Part shown: positions 7,459 to 16,096 of the stretch, piece after piece
Layout of the letters: every line of letters starts with the position of its first letter
Numbering within the stretch: position 1 is the first letter of the stretch
From: a virus
UHGV virus genome: UHGV-0196841
Direction: 5' to 3' (one strand)
Length of the DNA: 19,870 nt
The notes under the pieces: generated by a model
What the model was told of the DNA's origin: nothing
Seen by the model: only the letters and a program-made list of their open reading frames with translations
The model's database searches: none
Made by a program: the position numbers and the translations under genes

Positions 7459-8513
7459 CAGAAATCCTCCTCAACATTTTTTTTCTTCCTGGCGGTAACA
7501 GGCTCGGGGAGATAAGCATCTGCCGGGCCAACCCGTAATTCAGTCGTCGTGCCCCGGTCGTCCTGGTTATAGGTAACTTCTGCAATCACCAGTTCATCAT
7601 TATCAAAATTATTCAGCGGGTCGAAAACGATGACAGATAACCCCGGACGCCATAACGCGCCACTGCCCTGCCGCCAGCCCTGAACCGTATATGTTGTCTC
7701 ACGGGTAAGCGCAGCCCGTTGGCGCGCTTCAAATTCACAACGGGCCTTACAGGTTGCTGTCGTTGCTGTGCCTGACTGCTGAATCAACAAAGGGCGATAA
7801 CGGGTCACGCCATTGTCCTGAATGGTCTGACGTATTGCGGCAATGGTGGCCTCACCAAAATCATCGTCGTTGCCCGGGCGCTGCCCACTGACCTGATATT
7901 CAGAAAACCGCTCTCTGATGCTTCTTTCCGTGTCACAGGAAAGAATATTCTCTCCCAGCACCAGTGCCGTCGCCGCTTTGCCTGTTCCGGGTTTCCCAAG
8001 AACCAGTCGCCCACATTCATCGTCATAAGCCAGCGTCTGAACCTGCCCCAGCAACCGGTTAAGACAATCGGCAACAGTTTCGCCGTGTTCCGGCTGTGCA
8101 TCAATCACCGCAGTCTGAGGCACGCCAGCATCAACAACAGTGATGCCAAATGGCGCAGCCAGTTCAGTGACTATTCTGAGCAGGTTTTTTCCGCTCTGCT
8201 GGAGTGGCAAAGCAGAGCAATCAACCAGATCGGCTGTTTTGCTTCGCCCGACAATCCCCATACTGACGCTGCTGGCGTCATAACGAAGCGGTAGTGCCTC
8301 CACATATCCGGTGAGCACGGGCTCATCCCCGATAAGCACTTCAACCAGCTCACCATTTTTTATCCGGGGCTGATAATCCCGGCTGCCGGGCCAGCGGGTG
8401 GTAATGGCAACATTAAAATCCCGGGCAATACGGTTAATGCCCGCACTGATACGGACGGATGTCCAGCCGCCCCATTCGCGACCGGAAACCCGAAGTAAAA
8501 CGGTATTATTCAT
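7458..8513 (-). CDS. Tail/baseplate hub protein, Mu gp44 / P2 gpD-like
   Basis: 351 aa. ATG at 8513 overlaps the upstream stop (ATGA). Position between the DNA-circulation-like and gpV-like genes. Confidence 0.75.
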   Translation of the reverse strand: MNNTVLLRVSGREWGGWTSVRISAGINRIARDFNVAITTRWPGSRDYQPRIKNGELVEVLIGDEPVLTGYVEALPLRYDASSVSMGIVGRSKTADLVDCSALPLQQSGKNLLRIVTELAAPFGITVVDAGVPQTAVIDAQPEHGETVADCLNRLLGQVQTLAYDDECGRLVLGKPGTGKAATALVLGENILSCDTERSIRERFSEYQVSGQRPGNDDDFGEATIAAIRQTIQDNGVTRYRPLLIQQSGTATTATCKARCEFEARQRAALTRETTYTVQGWRQGSGALWRPGLSVIVFDPLNNFDNDELVIAEVTYNQDDRGTTTELRVGPADAYLPEPVTARKKKNVEEDF

Positions 8514-9901
8514 CTGACGGGTACCCTTAATGTCCTGACCGGAACAAAGCCCGGGTGGGAGATGGCATTTCGATCCAGGATATCTGTTTCACGGGACGCA
8601 TCGTCGTACCATGACGCAGCCAGAACAAGTGCAGGCAGCACCTCCGCTGGCGTTCGCTCTGCGGTTTCCTCCGTCTGAACCAGACGCGCCTGAATATCCC
8701 GGTTCAGCTCTGTACGTAATGACGTCAGCTGAAAAAACAGCCCGTCGTCCATCGTGCGTCTGAGCTCCTGTTCAATCGCCGCATTCAGCGATTCGCGTAT
8801 GATGGTAAGTTTTTCCCGCGTGGGTGGTTGCGCTGTTTCATTCTGTTCTGTGCTGGCTGCCACGCTGCCAAGCGCCGGATGAGAAACATGAATAATATCG
8901 GACTGACGTTCAGTGGAACCACCAACAGCCACAACCGCCTGCTGATTTTTCACCAGACTTCCGGGTTGCGGCAGTGAAGATACCGCCCTTACAGCCTCGC
9001 TGATTGCCGTCGTCCGGATGACGGCTGCCACCAGATTTGTCTGCTGTTTTTGCCTCACAACCGATGCGGAATCTGTGGGCCACACCGCACGCGGTGCCAG
9101 TCCTGGATCCAGCGTAATACCGGACATTGTTGTTATGGACTGCACCAGATCCTGTGTGTTATCCACCAGTCTGGTTCCGGCCCGCCAGGTATCCTGCAAC
9201 ATATGCACAAAATCACTGGCAACCGACGGAGGCATCAGAATGACGGATAAATCGCCCTGCAGTAGTCTCGCTCCGGCAGAAACAGCCGAATTAACCATTT
9301 TGAAAGCTGTCTGAACGGTTCCCAGCATATCGGTCGTCCGGGCAATCACATCGTTCTGAATAAAGTCCGGCATTCCCGCGAGATCAAAATCGCCGAACAT
9401 GTCTTCAATCAACTCATCCAGGAATACGGACGACTCCTCCAGTTTTCTGGCGGTTGCAGCTCCGGCGACCGGAAATGACAGTTCCCCGCTCTCAACAAAC
9501 TGAAATGAAACCCGGCACATACGGCCTTCAGTGCCGGAGTGAGAAACGGTCACCTGCCCATCAATACAGCCCTGCATTTCACCGAACTGCGGATGGATCA
9601 GCGTCCCCGGCCCGGCGGTTTCAATCGCTGTAATCAGCCTGTCGCGCTGCTCTGCGTAATCATCACCAACGAGATACGCATTAATCGTCAGCCGTCGCGT
9701 GGCACGCCCGAGATCCTCCGTGTACGGTTTGTCACGGTTTGGATATTCATGAACCTGAACGCGGCGTCCGAACGAACCCTCGTCGCTCTCCACCGAAAAC
9801 GGAACGCCGCGAAATGAAGCATCGTAAAGATTATCGCGCCAGGTCGTTCCGGAAGATGAAGAAAACAAAGAGGACAAAGAAGGTAAGGAAGGAAAATCCA
9901 T
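8510..9901 (-). CDS. Mu gp43-like DNA circulation protein (tail protein)
   Basis: 463 aa, ATG at 9901. N-terminal region (WRDNLYDASFRGVPFSVESDEGSFGRRVQVHEYPNRD) matches the DNA-circulation N-terminal domain family as recalled. Immediately follows the tape measure gene. Confidence 0.8.
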   Translation of the reverse strand: MDFPSLPSLSSLFSSSSGTTWRDNLYDASFRGVPFSVESDEGSFGRRVQVHEYPNRDKPYTEDLGRATRRLTINAYLVGDDYAEQRDRLITAIETAGPGTLIHPQFGEMQGCIDGQVTVSHSGTEGRMCRVSFQFVESGELSFPVAGAATARKLEESSVFLDELIEDMFGDFDLAGMPDFIQNDVIARTTDMLGTVQTAFKMVNSAVSAGARLLQGDLSVILMPPSVASDFVHMLQDTWRAGTRLVDNTQDLVQSITTMSGITLDPGLAPRAVWPTDSASVVRQKQQTNLVAAVIRTTAISEAVRAVSSLPQPGSLVKNQQAVVAVGGSTERQSDIIHVSHPALGSVAASTEQNETAQPPTREKLTIIRESLNAAIEQELRRTMDDGLFFQLTSLRTELNRDIQARLVQTEETAERTPAEVLPALVLAASWYDDASRETDILDRNAISHPGFVPVRTLRVPVR

Positions 9902-9916
9902 TCTGATACCCCATTA

Positions 9917-11830
9917 TTAACGCCTGAAAGGTGAATACCCAACGTCATGGGTTATTTTCATAAAGGGATCGCCTGTTTTCGGCAAATCGATAACGCGCAT
10001 TCCCTGTGGCGCATTGTCAAACGTGACTTTGATTTCACCACGTGCTGCCACAGACGATATCGCCGGATTAAGCAAAGGAACATTCGGTTTGTACTGACGC
10101 GGCTGATTAAGGGATGCCTGGTATTCCTCATAATTTTTTCGATTAAAAAACGGGGTCCAGTCAGAGGCCAGATATATGCCATGATCCCTGGCCCAGTTAA
10201 CATCGCCCTCAGGCAGAATTGATTCAAGTGCATTTTCGACGGGCTCCCACATCATAGAAGCCAGCACCCCATATACACCGGCTTTTCCGATAACGCCCCC
10301 GCCTTTACCAAACAATCCGGTAGCGGCAGTGACCTTGCCGAGTGTGCGCATATCCTTCGTCACAATGCTGATTGATTTAGTGACATCGGTGACCCACTTT
10401 GTCGCCATAAAAATGGCGATTGCTTTAAGGATCGTTTCCCATCCCCCCATAGCCTGGGCGGTGCTATCAATGACTTCCCAGACATTTTTAATAACCGGTC
10501 CAACGGTTTCCCAGTTATCAATTATGAGATATGCACCACCGACGAGAAGCGCAATTAATCCCTTTGCCGGCGTCATATTCATCACGCTACCCATGATTTT
10601 TGTTATGCGTGTCAATGTGCCAATCGCCACGCCCATCGTCAGTAATGCCGCACCAGTTTTCGCGATGGTTTTTACGACCTCAGGATTTTCTCTGACAAAC
10701 GTGCGCACTTCTTCCAGAAAAGGCTTCATCTCTTTTATGCCTTCATTGATTGAAGGCAGGAAGGTTTCCCCCAGCGTGGAAGAAATCGCATTGATCTGGT
10801 TCTGCAGCAGCAACAACTGATTTTCCGTCGTCGCGGCACGGGCGGCATATTCTTTCTGCATTGAGCCGCCATACTGCTGCGCATCCGCCACACGATTAAA
10901 GTTGGTTCGCAACAAATCCAGATTCGTGAGTAGAGGCGCGATGGATCCAGAAGATTCCTTGCCGAACAGCTCATTAAGCGCGGCGGCCTGTTTTTCTTTC
11001 GGCACTTTCGCCAGAGAATCCAGTACGTGCAGCATGGCCCCACGGGCGTCTTTCTGCATATCCGCCGCCAGTTTTTTCGGGCTAATGCGCAACGAGCGGA
11101 GCACTTTTTTCTGCGATTTGGTGGCAGAATCCCCCGCTGTCAGCGACAACATAAAATTCTTTATCCCCGTCGCCGCAATTTCTGATTCCACCCCCATTCC
11201 GGCAATGGTTGCCCCCATTGCGGCAATCTCTCCGGAGGCCACACCCGCAACACTGCCTAAAGGGCCAATACGGGTCACAATATCAGAAATCTTTTTCGCA
11301 CTTGCAGGACCGGTATTACCAAGATAGTTAATCTTGTCCGCAAGTCCTGCCACCTCTCCCTGTGTCAGTTTAAAGGCAGTGCGCCACTGTGCCATCATCT
11401 GACCGGATTCTTCTGCCGTGGTGTCAAAAGCCACGCCCATCTTCACGGCATCGTCAGTAAACTGCATCAGCTCGTCACGGGCGATACCAGCCTGACCACC
11501 CGCCGCCACAATTTCGGCGATACCTTCCGCCGACATGGGCAGTTCTGTTGACAGGTCGCGCACCTGCTCCGTCATTGCCTTAAACGCTTCCGGCGTATCC
11601 AGACCATCCACCACTTTCCGGACATCCGCCATTTTTGATTCAAGGGCAATGGCAGATTTGACCGGGAGCGCCAGCGCCCCCAGTACTGCGGTTCCGGCAC
11701 CCGCTGCGCCCAGAGACAGGCTGGCAAACTCCTTTTTAAAGCCTTTCAGCTGGCGCTGCATCCCTTTCAGCGGTGCCGACACCTTATCCACGGCAGTGAT
11801 GATCGCCTTCAGCTGAAAACTGTCAGCCAT
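9917..11830 (-). CDS. Tail tape measure protein
   Basis: 637 aa, ATG at 11830. Largest tail gene, with Ala/Gly-rich hydrophobic central segments, directly downstream of the chaperone and frameshift region. Confidence 0.85.
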   Translation of the reverse strand: MADSFQLKAIITAVDKVSAPLKGMQRQLKGFKKEFASLSLGAAGAGTAVLGALALPVKSAIALESKMADVRKVVDGLDTPEAFKAMTEQVRDLSTELPMSAEGIAEIVAAGGQAGIARDELMQFTDDAVKMGVAFDTTAEESGQMMAQWRTAFKLTQGEVAGLADKINYLGNTGPASAKKISDIVTRIGPLGSVAGVASGEIAAMGATIAGMGVESEIAATGIKNFMLSLTAGDSATKSQKKVLRSLRISPKKLAADMQKDARGAMLHVLDSLAKVPKEKQAAALNELFGKESSGSIAPLLTNLDLLRTNFNRVADAQQYGGSMQKEYAARAATTENQLLLLQNQINAISSTLGETFLPSINEGIKEMKPFLEEVRTFVRENPEVVKTIAKTGAALLTMGVAIGTLTRITKIMGSVMNMTPAKGLIALLVGGAYLIIDNWETVGPVIKNVWEVIDSTAQAMGGWETILKAIAIFMATKWVTDVTKSISIVTKDMRTLGKVTAATGLFGKGGGVIGKAGVYGVLASMMWEPVENALESILPEGDVNWARDHGIYLASDWTPFFNRKNYEEYQASLNQPRQYKPNVPLLNPAISSVAARGEIKVTFDNAPQGMRVIDLPKTGDPFMKITHDVGYSPFRR

Positions 11831-12244
11831 GCTTCATCTCCTCGTTAATGCGGACGGCCTCGGCTTCCAGTTCTGTAAACTGCGAAATAGCCACCCGTCG
11901 CAGCTCCAGTGGATTCAGTTTCCAGAACCAGGCAACATTGTAGAGTCGTTTCCGGAGGTGCTTCCCGTCTCCGACTGGGTAAAAAAACGCAGGATCTGCA
12001 TGCTGGTCTTAAAAATATCCAGTTTTGCCATCTGCGCCGCCGATGAACGCGGGATCCCCGCCAGCAACGGGATATATTTCAGTGCCACCTGGCTGTCCAG
12101 TTTAATACTGCCTTCACCGGAAATAATGAAAGGAAAACCCAGCGCCTCGATTTCGTCATACGTGGGCTCGCGCAACTCCAGCACATGCAGCATTTCGTTA
12201 TGCGCTGTCACCGGTTTTTTTAAAACAATTTCTGTAACGTTCAT
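11823..12244 (-). CDS. Predicted -1 frameshift fusion product of the tail assembly chaperone (about 142 aa: first 88 codons in frame 0, then a 54-codon -1 frame extension ending at a TGA that overlaps the tape measure start)
   Basis: A slippery heptamer U_UUU_UUU lies on the minus strand (plus-strand A7 at 11981-11987) in the correct phase (codons CGU-UUU-UUU). The -1 frame is open from the slip site to a stop at 11823-11825 (extension YPVGDGKHLRKRLYNVAWFWKLNPLELRRVAISQFTELEAEAVRINEEMKHG), which I translated by hand. Confidence 0.6.
11915..12244 (-). CDS. Tail assembly chaperone (Mu gp41-like), zero-frame product
   Basis: 109 aa. ATG at 12244 overlaps the tube gene stop. Lies between the tube and tape measure genes, the conserved position of the chaperone pair. 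Confidence 0.75.
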   Translation of the reverse strand: MNVTEIVLKKPVTAHNEMLHVLELREPTYDEIEALGFPFIISGEGSIKLDSQVALKYIPLLAGIPRSSAAQMAKLDIFKTSMQILRFFTQSETGSTSGNDSTMLPGSGN

Positions 12245-12600
12245 TACTGATATCCTCCCTCTTCGCCGTGGAATTCAAGATCTGCCGTGCCTTCTTCGGC
12301 ATTATGGTTAGCCTCTCCGTGCAGCCATGCAGCCGAAAGCACATACACCATGCCGTTTGCCAGTTCAGCGGTAATCGTCATCTGGTCTGATGTGGTAATT
12401 TTGTCGACCGGAAAGTTTTTGGGCACTTTAAACGTGCCTTTAACGTAAGGTGACCGCCAGGTCTCCTTGTAATCCACATCCCCTGCCATGCCGACAACAT
12501 CATCCCGGACATTGGTGTTCATCGGCACTTCAATGCCACCTGTCAGCGATAACTGCTGACCATCCACTTTAAAAAAACAGGTTCCGGCGATCTTTGCCAT
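12244..12600 (-). CDS. Tail tube protein (contractile tail)
   Basis: 118 aa. ATG at 12600 overlaps the sheath gene stop (TAATG). Small protein immediately after the sheath gene. Confidence 0.85.
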   Translation of the reverse strand: MAKIAGTCFFKVDGQQLSLTGGIEVPMNTNVRDDVVGMAGDVDYKETWRSPYVKGTFKVPKNFPVDKITTSDQMTITAELANGMVYVLSAAWLHGEANHNAEEGTADLEFHGEEGGYQ

Positions 12601-14096
12601 TATGCTGACTCCTCTGAATACTGAAGACGGAACTGGTTAACCACCGCAAAGACACGTAACTGATTAACATAATCCGGCGGGAACAGCGTATTCAGTCGGT
12701 TCGGGTTATCCGCATCACGCTCAACTATCAGATACTGTTTAAACAGATCGTAATTTTCCACAATACCGGCACGCTCCATCTGACGATATGTCGCCAGAAG
12801 TTCCCCTTTGATAACGGCAGGAGTGACAATCGCCTGCCCCGGACCAAAACGGGTACCATCATTTGCCAGCTTGTGACGTCCGTACTTGCTTGTGATGACC
12901 GATTTCAGTTTGCGAAGAACATATGCACTGGTATGCAGAGTTTCACTGTCCAGATAGCTGTTGTCTGCCACGCCATACGCATTCTTTTTGTAGGTGGTTA
13001 CAGAACGCTGGATCCGCAACGTGCCGCCTTCCACATAAGCCGTCGCCACGCCGTGAGATAAAAGGGTCTGCTGCTCTGTCATGATGAATCGCTTACCTTT
13101 CGGTGCCGGAAGCATCCCCACCAGCTCCCCCGTCTGTGTCGGACGGGCAGGATCATTCCGGATAAATACCGCTTCACGGGCAAGGCGACTGGCAACCAGT
13201 TCATCGACAGGCGACTGGGTTTCTTTTTCGTAACCGGCAAGCGTGATATGTTGCTGATTATGCATATCTCCGGCACCAACCAGCTCTGACAGCGTTCCCA
13301 GTTTTGCGGTATAGACATGCCCGTATAACTGGCGCGCATAACTCCAGCGACCGCTGCTGTCATTCATTTCGGTCATCATCATATTAATGGAGGCGGCATC
13401 GTTGAACGGCAGACCGATAAAATCGAATACCTCATCGCCCATAGCGGCAACAGCGGCGGTAAGATCAGGCGCTCCACTACCTGCAGTTCCGGCTTCCGTC
13501 ACGACCTGAAGTCCCGCAGGCAGAATTTCACCACCACCAGAACCATAATAATTCAGGCAGACAGGTAGCTCGTTACCATACAGCCCCTTATGACGGGCAG
13601 TCAGTGTCACCACACCTGCATCAGATGACGCCGTAAACGGCAGGGTGATAACCCCATTTACCGCTTCCTTAATCGCGGTGGCAACCGCAGTGGCATTATC
13701 GCCATTCACCACAGGCACCTGTACACGGGAGCGTCCGACATACAGACTCAGGGTGCCGCTTTCCTCTGCTTCTCCGGTAACCGTCACCCTGACCGTTGCC
13801 GCCGCCCCTTTGGCTTCCGGTACCGCAATAACATACAGTTCACCGAAAGGATCTGTCTGACGGTATACTTCGACCATACGCGCCAGCTGGCTCCCCGCTC
13901 CACAAATCTGACGGGCATAATCTGCCGACGGCATCAGCACCAGGCTGTTAACCTCAATGGCAGCATCGTTGCCTGCATGCCCAATCAGTAATGCAGGCGC
14001 GCTGGTCACCGCTGTATTTGCCGCAGAATTGTCCATCTCGGCGTAGAACAACGGCACCAGCGTATTCGACGGAACAGCACTAAAACTTATTGTCAT
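12600..14096 (-). CDS. Tail sheath protein
   Basis: 498 aa, ATG at 14096. Size, position before the tube gene and overall sequence character fit myovirus sheath proteins. Confidence 0.9.
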   Translation of the reverse strand: MTISFSAVPSNTLVPLFYAEMDNSAANTAVTSAPALLIGHAGNDAAIEVNSLVLMPSADYARQICGAGSQLARMVEVYRQTDPFGELYVIAVPEAKGAAATVRVTVTGEAEESGTLSLYVGRSRVQVPVVNGDNATAVATAIKEAVNGVITLPFTASSDAGVVTLTARHKGLYGNELPVCLNYYGSGGGEILPAGLQVVTEAGTAGSGAPDLTAAVAAMGDEVFDFIGLPFNDAASINMMMTEMNDSSGRWSYARQLYGHVYTAKLGTLSELVGAGDMHNQQHITLAGYEKETQSPVDELVASRLAREAVFIRNDPARPTQTGELVGMLPAPKGKRFIMTEQQTLLSHGVATAYVEGGTLRIQRSVTTYKKNAYGVADNSYLDSETLHTSAYVLRKLKSVITSKYGRHKLANDGTRFGPGQAIVTPAVIKGELLATYRQMERAGIVENYDLFKQYLIVERDADNPNRLNTLFPPDYVNQLRVFAVVNQFRLQYSEESA

Positions 14097-14254
14097 GATT
14101 CTTTAGCCTTATCCTGTTTAACACGTACCACATCACCCGCCGCTATACGGCGGAACCAGTAGCTGTTTTCTTCCACATTTCGCCCGTCAGAAGGCAAAAG
14201 GTCTCCACGGGCAGGGTCAGGAACTGACCGCCCTTTCAGGGGTTTCACAAACAT
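14093..14254 (-). CDS. Small protein, Mu gp38 / DUF2635-like
   Basis: 53-aa ORF found by hand (MFVKPLKGRSVPDPARGDLLPSDGRNVEENSYWFRRIAAGDVVRVKQDKAKES); below the ORF-track length cut-off. ATG at 14254; stop overlaps the sheath ATG (ATGA). Position upstream of sheath matches Mu-like tails. Confidence 0.6.
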   Translation of the reverse strand: MFVKPLKGRSVPDPARGDLLPSDGRNVEENSYWFRRIAAGDVVRVKQDKAKES

Positions 14255-14263
14255 GCGGGACTC

Positions 14264-14827
14264 TTATTTCTGAGGGAAACGCATTTCCAGATGGTGCTCA
14301 ATGTCACCATCCGGGCCAGTACCAGGATCGATGTAATCCACATCAATACTCAGCAGGGATAAATCCGGCAGGGCATTCACGTCCTCTGCCTGTCGCGTGT
14401 CTTCTTCCGTGATTTCATACTTCGCCGTAAAATCAAACTGGTAATACAGTTCGTAACGGTTCAGATCCAGCAGGGTGCCACCGGCATAAACAATCTCGCC
14501 CCCCTGCGGATCCGGCATCCATCCAAGCAGGGCTTTCCAGAGTTCTCTCCGGACATCATGAACGGCGTCATAGGCTGCCCACTGCCCTTTTTCATCACGC
14601 TCATTGCTGAGCACAACAATCACGGAGAAGCCTTCTGTCAAATCCTGCCAGTAATCGGTCTGTGATTTTTGTTCCCCCGGTGCATCGTCAGAGGGAACCA
14701 CATAGGCAGCAGGCAGTCGCAGTTTTCCGGCATCAGGGATCGCCTTAAACTGCGCCGCGCCACCAACACGATCCTCAAAACGCGGGCATCGCTCACGCAG
14801 CGCCGCAATTATCGTTGTCAGTTTCAT
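14264..14827 (-). CDS. Mu gp37-like protein (DUF1834), tail/neck component
   Basis: 187 aa. ATG at 14827 overlaps the upstream stop (ATGA). Position between neck genes and sheath. Confidence 0.65.
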   Translation of the reverse strand: MKLTTIIAALRERCPRFEDRVGGAAQFKAIPDAGKLRLPAAYVVPSDDAPGEQKSQTDYWQDLTEGFSVIVVLSNERDEKGQWAAYDAVHDVRRELWKALLGWMPDPQGGEIVYAGGTLLDLNRYELYYQFDFTAKYEITEEDTRQAEDVNALPDLSLLSIDVDYIDPGTGPDGDIEHHLEMRFPQK

Positions 14828-15348
14828 TTATGCTTCCTTTTTACCGGACGTAACGAACGCTGCAGTTCACGGGACAACAGTTCCTGCGTCCAGTGACGCC
14901 GCCGCTCAATAACGTCAGCCATAAAGTTATTACGCGGGGCCAGCCGGAAAGTCGAAGAATGGTGCTTCTTCCGTCGCTTATCCTTTTTATCCATTCCATA
15001 CGCTGAATGGCGAACGCCGTAATACAGAAATGCCGGATAATAGGATGCGCCTTCATGGAAACGGCGATTCCCCTGCCCGTTTTTCTGGTTAGGAGAAATT
15101 TTCACCATCAGTCCGGGGCGACGCGTCGTTTTTTTGGGAACGTAATAACCGATGGAGCGGGCCAGACGCCCGGTCTGATATCCCGGATTCTCTCCCGGAC
15201 CGGAACGCCCGCGTTTAATCACCAGACGTCTGGCGTCGCGCATATAGACGCGCCCGATCTGCACAAATGCCCGCCGCAGACGGGCACGATTAAACTCCAG
15301 CGCCTTTGGTTGTTTAAAGTCGACGTGTAAAAATGCTGTCTGATTCAT
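14824..15348 (-). CDS. HK97 gp10-like neck / tail-completion protein
   Basis: 174 aa from ATG at 15348 (MNQTAFLHVDFKQ...), with GGGGTG upstream. Motifs TGRLARSI and YYPAFLYYG resemble the HK97 gp10 family. The ORF-track start at 15387 is a GTG and overlaps the upstream gene further. Start choice is uncertain. Confidence 0.55.
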   Translation of the reverse strand: MNQTAFLHVDFKQPKALEFNRARLRRAFVQIGRVYMRDARRLVIKRGRSGPGENPGYQTGRLARSIGYYVPKKTTRRPGLMVKISPNQKNGQGNRRFHEGASYYPAFLYYGVRHSAYGMDKKDKRRKKHHSSTFRLAPRNNFMADVIERRRHWTQELLSRELQRSLRPVKRKHK

Positions 15349-15730
15349 GGCATTCACCCCATCGTCGCGCTGTACGCAGTTCCTCACATTCCAGTAATAA
15401 AAAACGTCGCTGACCGTTCAGGTCGCGTATTCGCCGGATCCGGTACTCCTGACCGTAATAAACCACCTCATGATCTGCCGTGATGCCGTGACGGAAACGG
15501 ATTGTAAAATAATGCGTAACGACATTTTCTGTCTGCACTGAGCCCTGATAAGCGGCAGCGCCTGGCTGAGCCACCTTTGCCCAGACATCAAACGACTCCG
15601 GATACGTTGGCTCCGTACCAAAATCAGCGGTGGGTTCATCCACCCGAAGGCGGATCTTTATCCGGCGATTCAGCTCTCCGGGATCCGGTAAAAGGTAAGT
15701 GGCACTGGTCTGACTTTGCCTGATTTTCAT
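15314..15730 (-). CDS. Head closure / head-tail adaptor protein
   Basis: 139 aa from ATG at 15730 (MKIRQSQTSATYLLPDPGELNRRIKIRL...); start overlaps the connector stop (ATGA). The ORF-track start at 15763 is further upstream and less likely. Confidence 0.7.
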   Translation of the reverse strand: MKIRQSQTSATYLLPDPGELNRRIKIRLRVDEPTADFGTEPTYPESFDVWAKVAQPGAAAYQGSVQTENVVTHYFTIRFRHGITADHEVVYYGQEYRIRRIRDLNGQRRFLLLECEELRTARRWGECHESDSIFTRRL

Positions 15731-16050
15731 AGCGGGACAATCCTGTAAGGGCCAGCAAGCCATCTGAAACTCATTGGCGTTTCCAGTTTCTCCACATCGG
15801 TGATCGTTGAGCGATTTTCATAAAAATGACTGACCAGCATCAGCATTGCCAGACGAACGTCATCAGTCAGATGCATCCCGTCAGGATCGTCTTCCGGAAT
15901 CGTCTCTTCCGGTGCATACAACTTCCTGTTCAGGTATGTCTCTGTTCTTTTCTGTACCGCCTGTGCCAGCAATTTCAGAAAATCGCCGTCACTGTACAAA
16001 CCATCATCGAGCCGGAGGTGAGATTTAATTTCCTCTTCTTTCAGGAGCAT
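15727..16050 (-). CDS. Head-tail connector protein (HK97 gp6-like)
   Basis: 107 aa. ATG at 16050 preceded by AGGAGG. Acidic small protein (EEIKSHLRLDDGLYSDGDFLKLLAQAV...) directly after the capsid gene. Confidence 0.75.
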   Translation of the reverse strand: MLLKEEEIKSHLRLDDGLYSDGDFLKLLAQAVQKRTETYLNRKLYAPEETIPEDDPDGMHLTDDVRLAMLMLVSHFYENRSTITDVEKLETPMSFRWLAGPYRIVPL

Positions 16051-16061
16051 ATTTTCCTCCT

Positions 16062-16091
16062 GTGCCCGCCATTACGCGGGCACAAAAAAAA
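16062..16091 (-). other. Perfect 8-bp stem-loop (GTGCCCGC-cattac-GCGGGCAC) with adjacent A8/T8 run, between capsid stop and connector RBS
   Basis: Directly visible inverted repeat at 16062-16069 and 16076-16083, followed by A8 at 16084-16091 on the plus strand. On the coding (minus) strand the U-run precedes the stem. Confidence 0.5.
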
Positions 16092-16096
16092 CCGCA

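Noticed and set aside
10329-10820. 163-aa hydrophobic plus-strand ORF inside the tape measure gene (and similar antisense ORFs at 5758..6447, 4954..5517, 17046..17402)
   Set aside because: All lie antisense within strongly supported minus-strand virion genes; no RBS and no independent signal. Considered shadow ORFs.
13118-13125. Chi site (GCTGGTGG on the minus strand) inside the sheath gene
   Set aside because: A single octamer occurrence is expected by chance in about 20 kb of enterobacterial-type DNA; no clustering seen.
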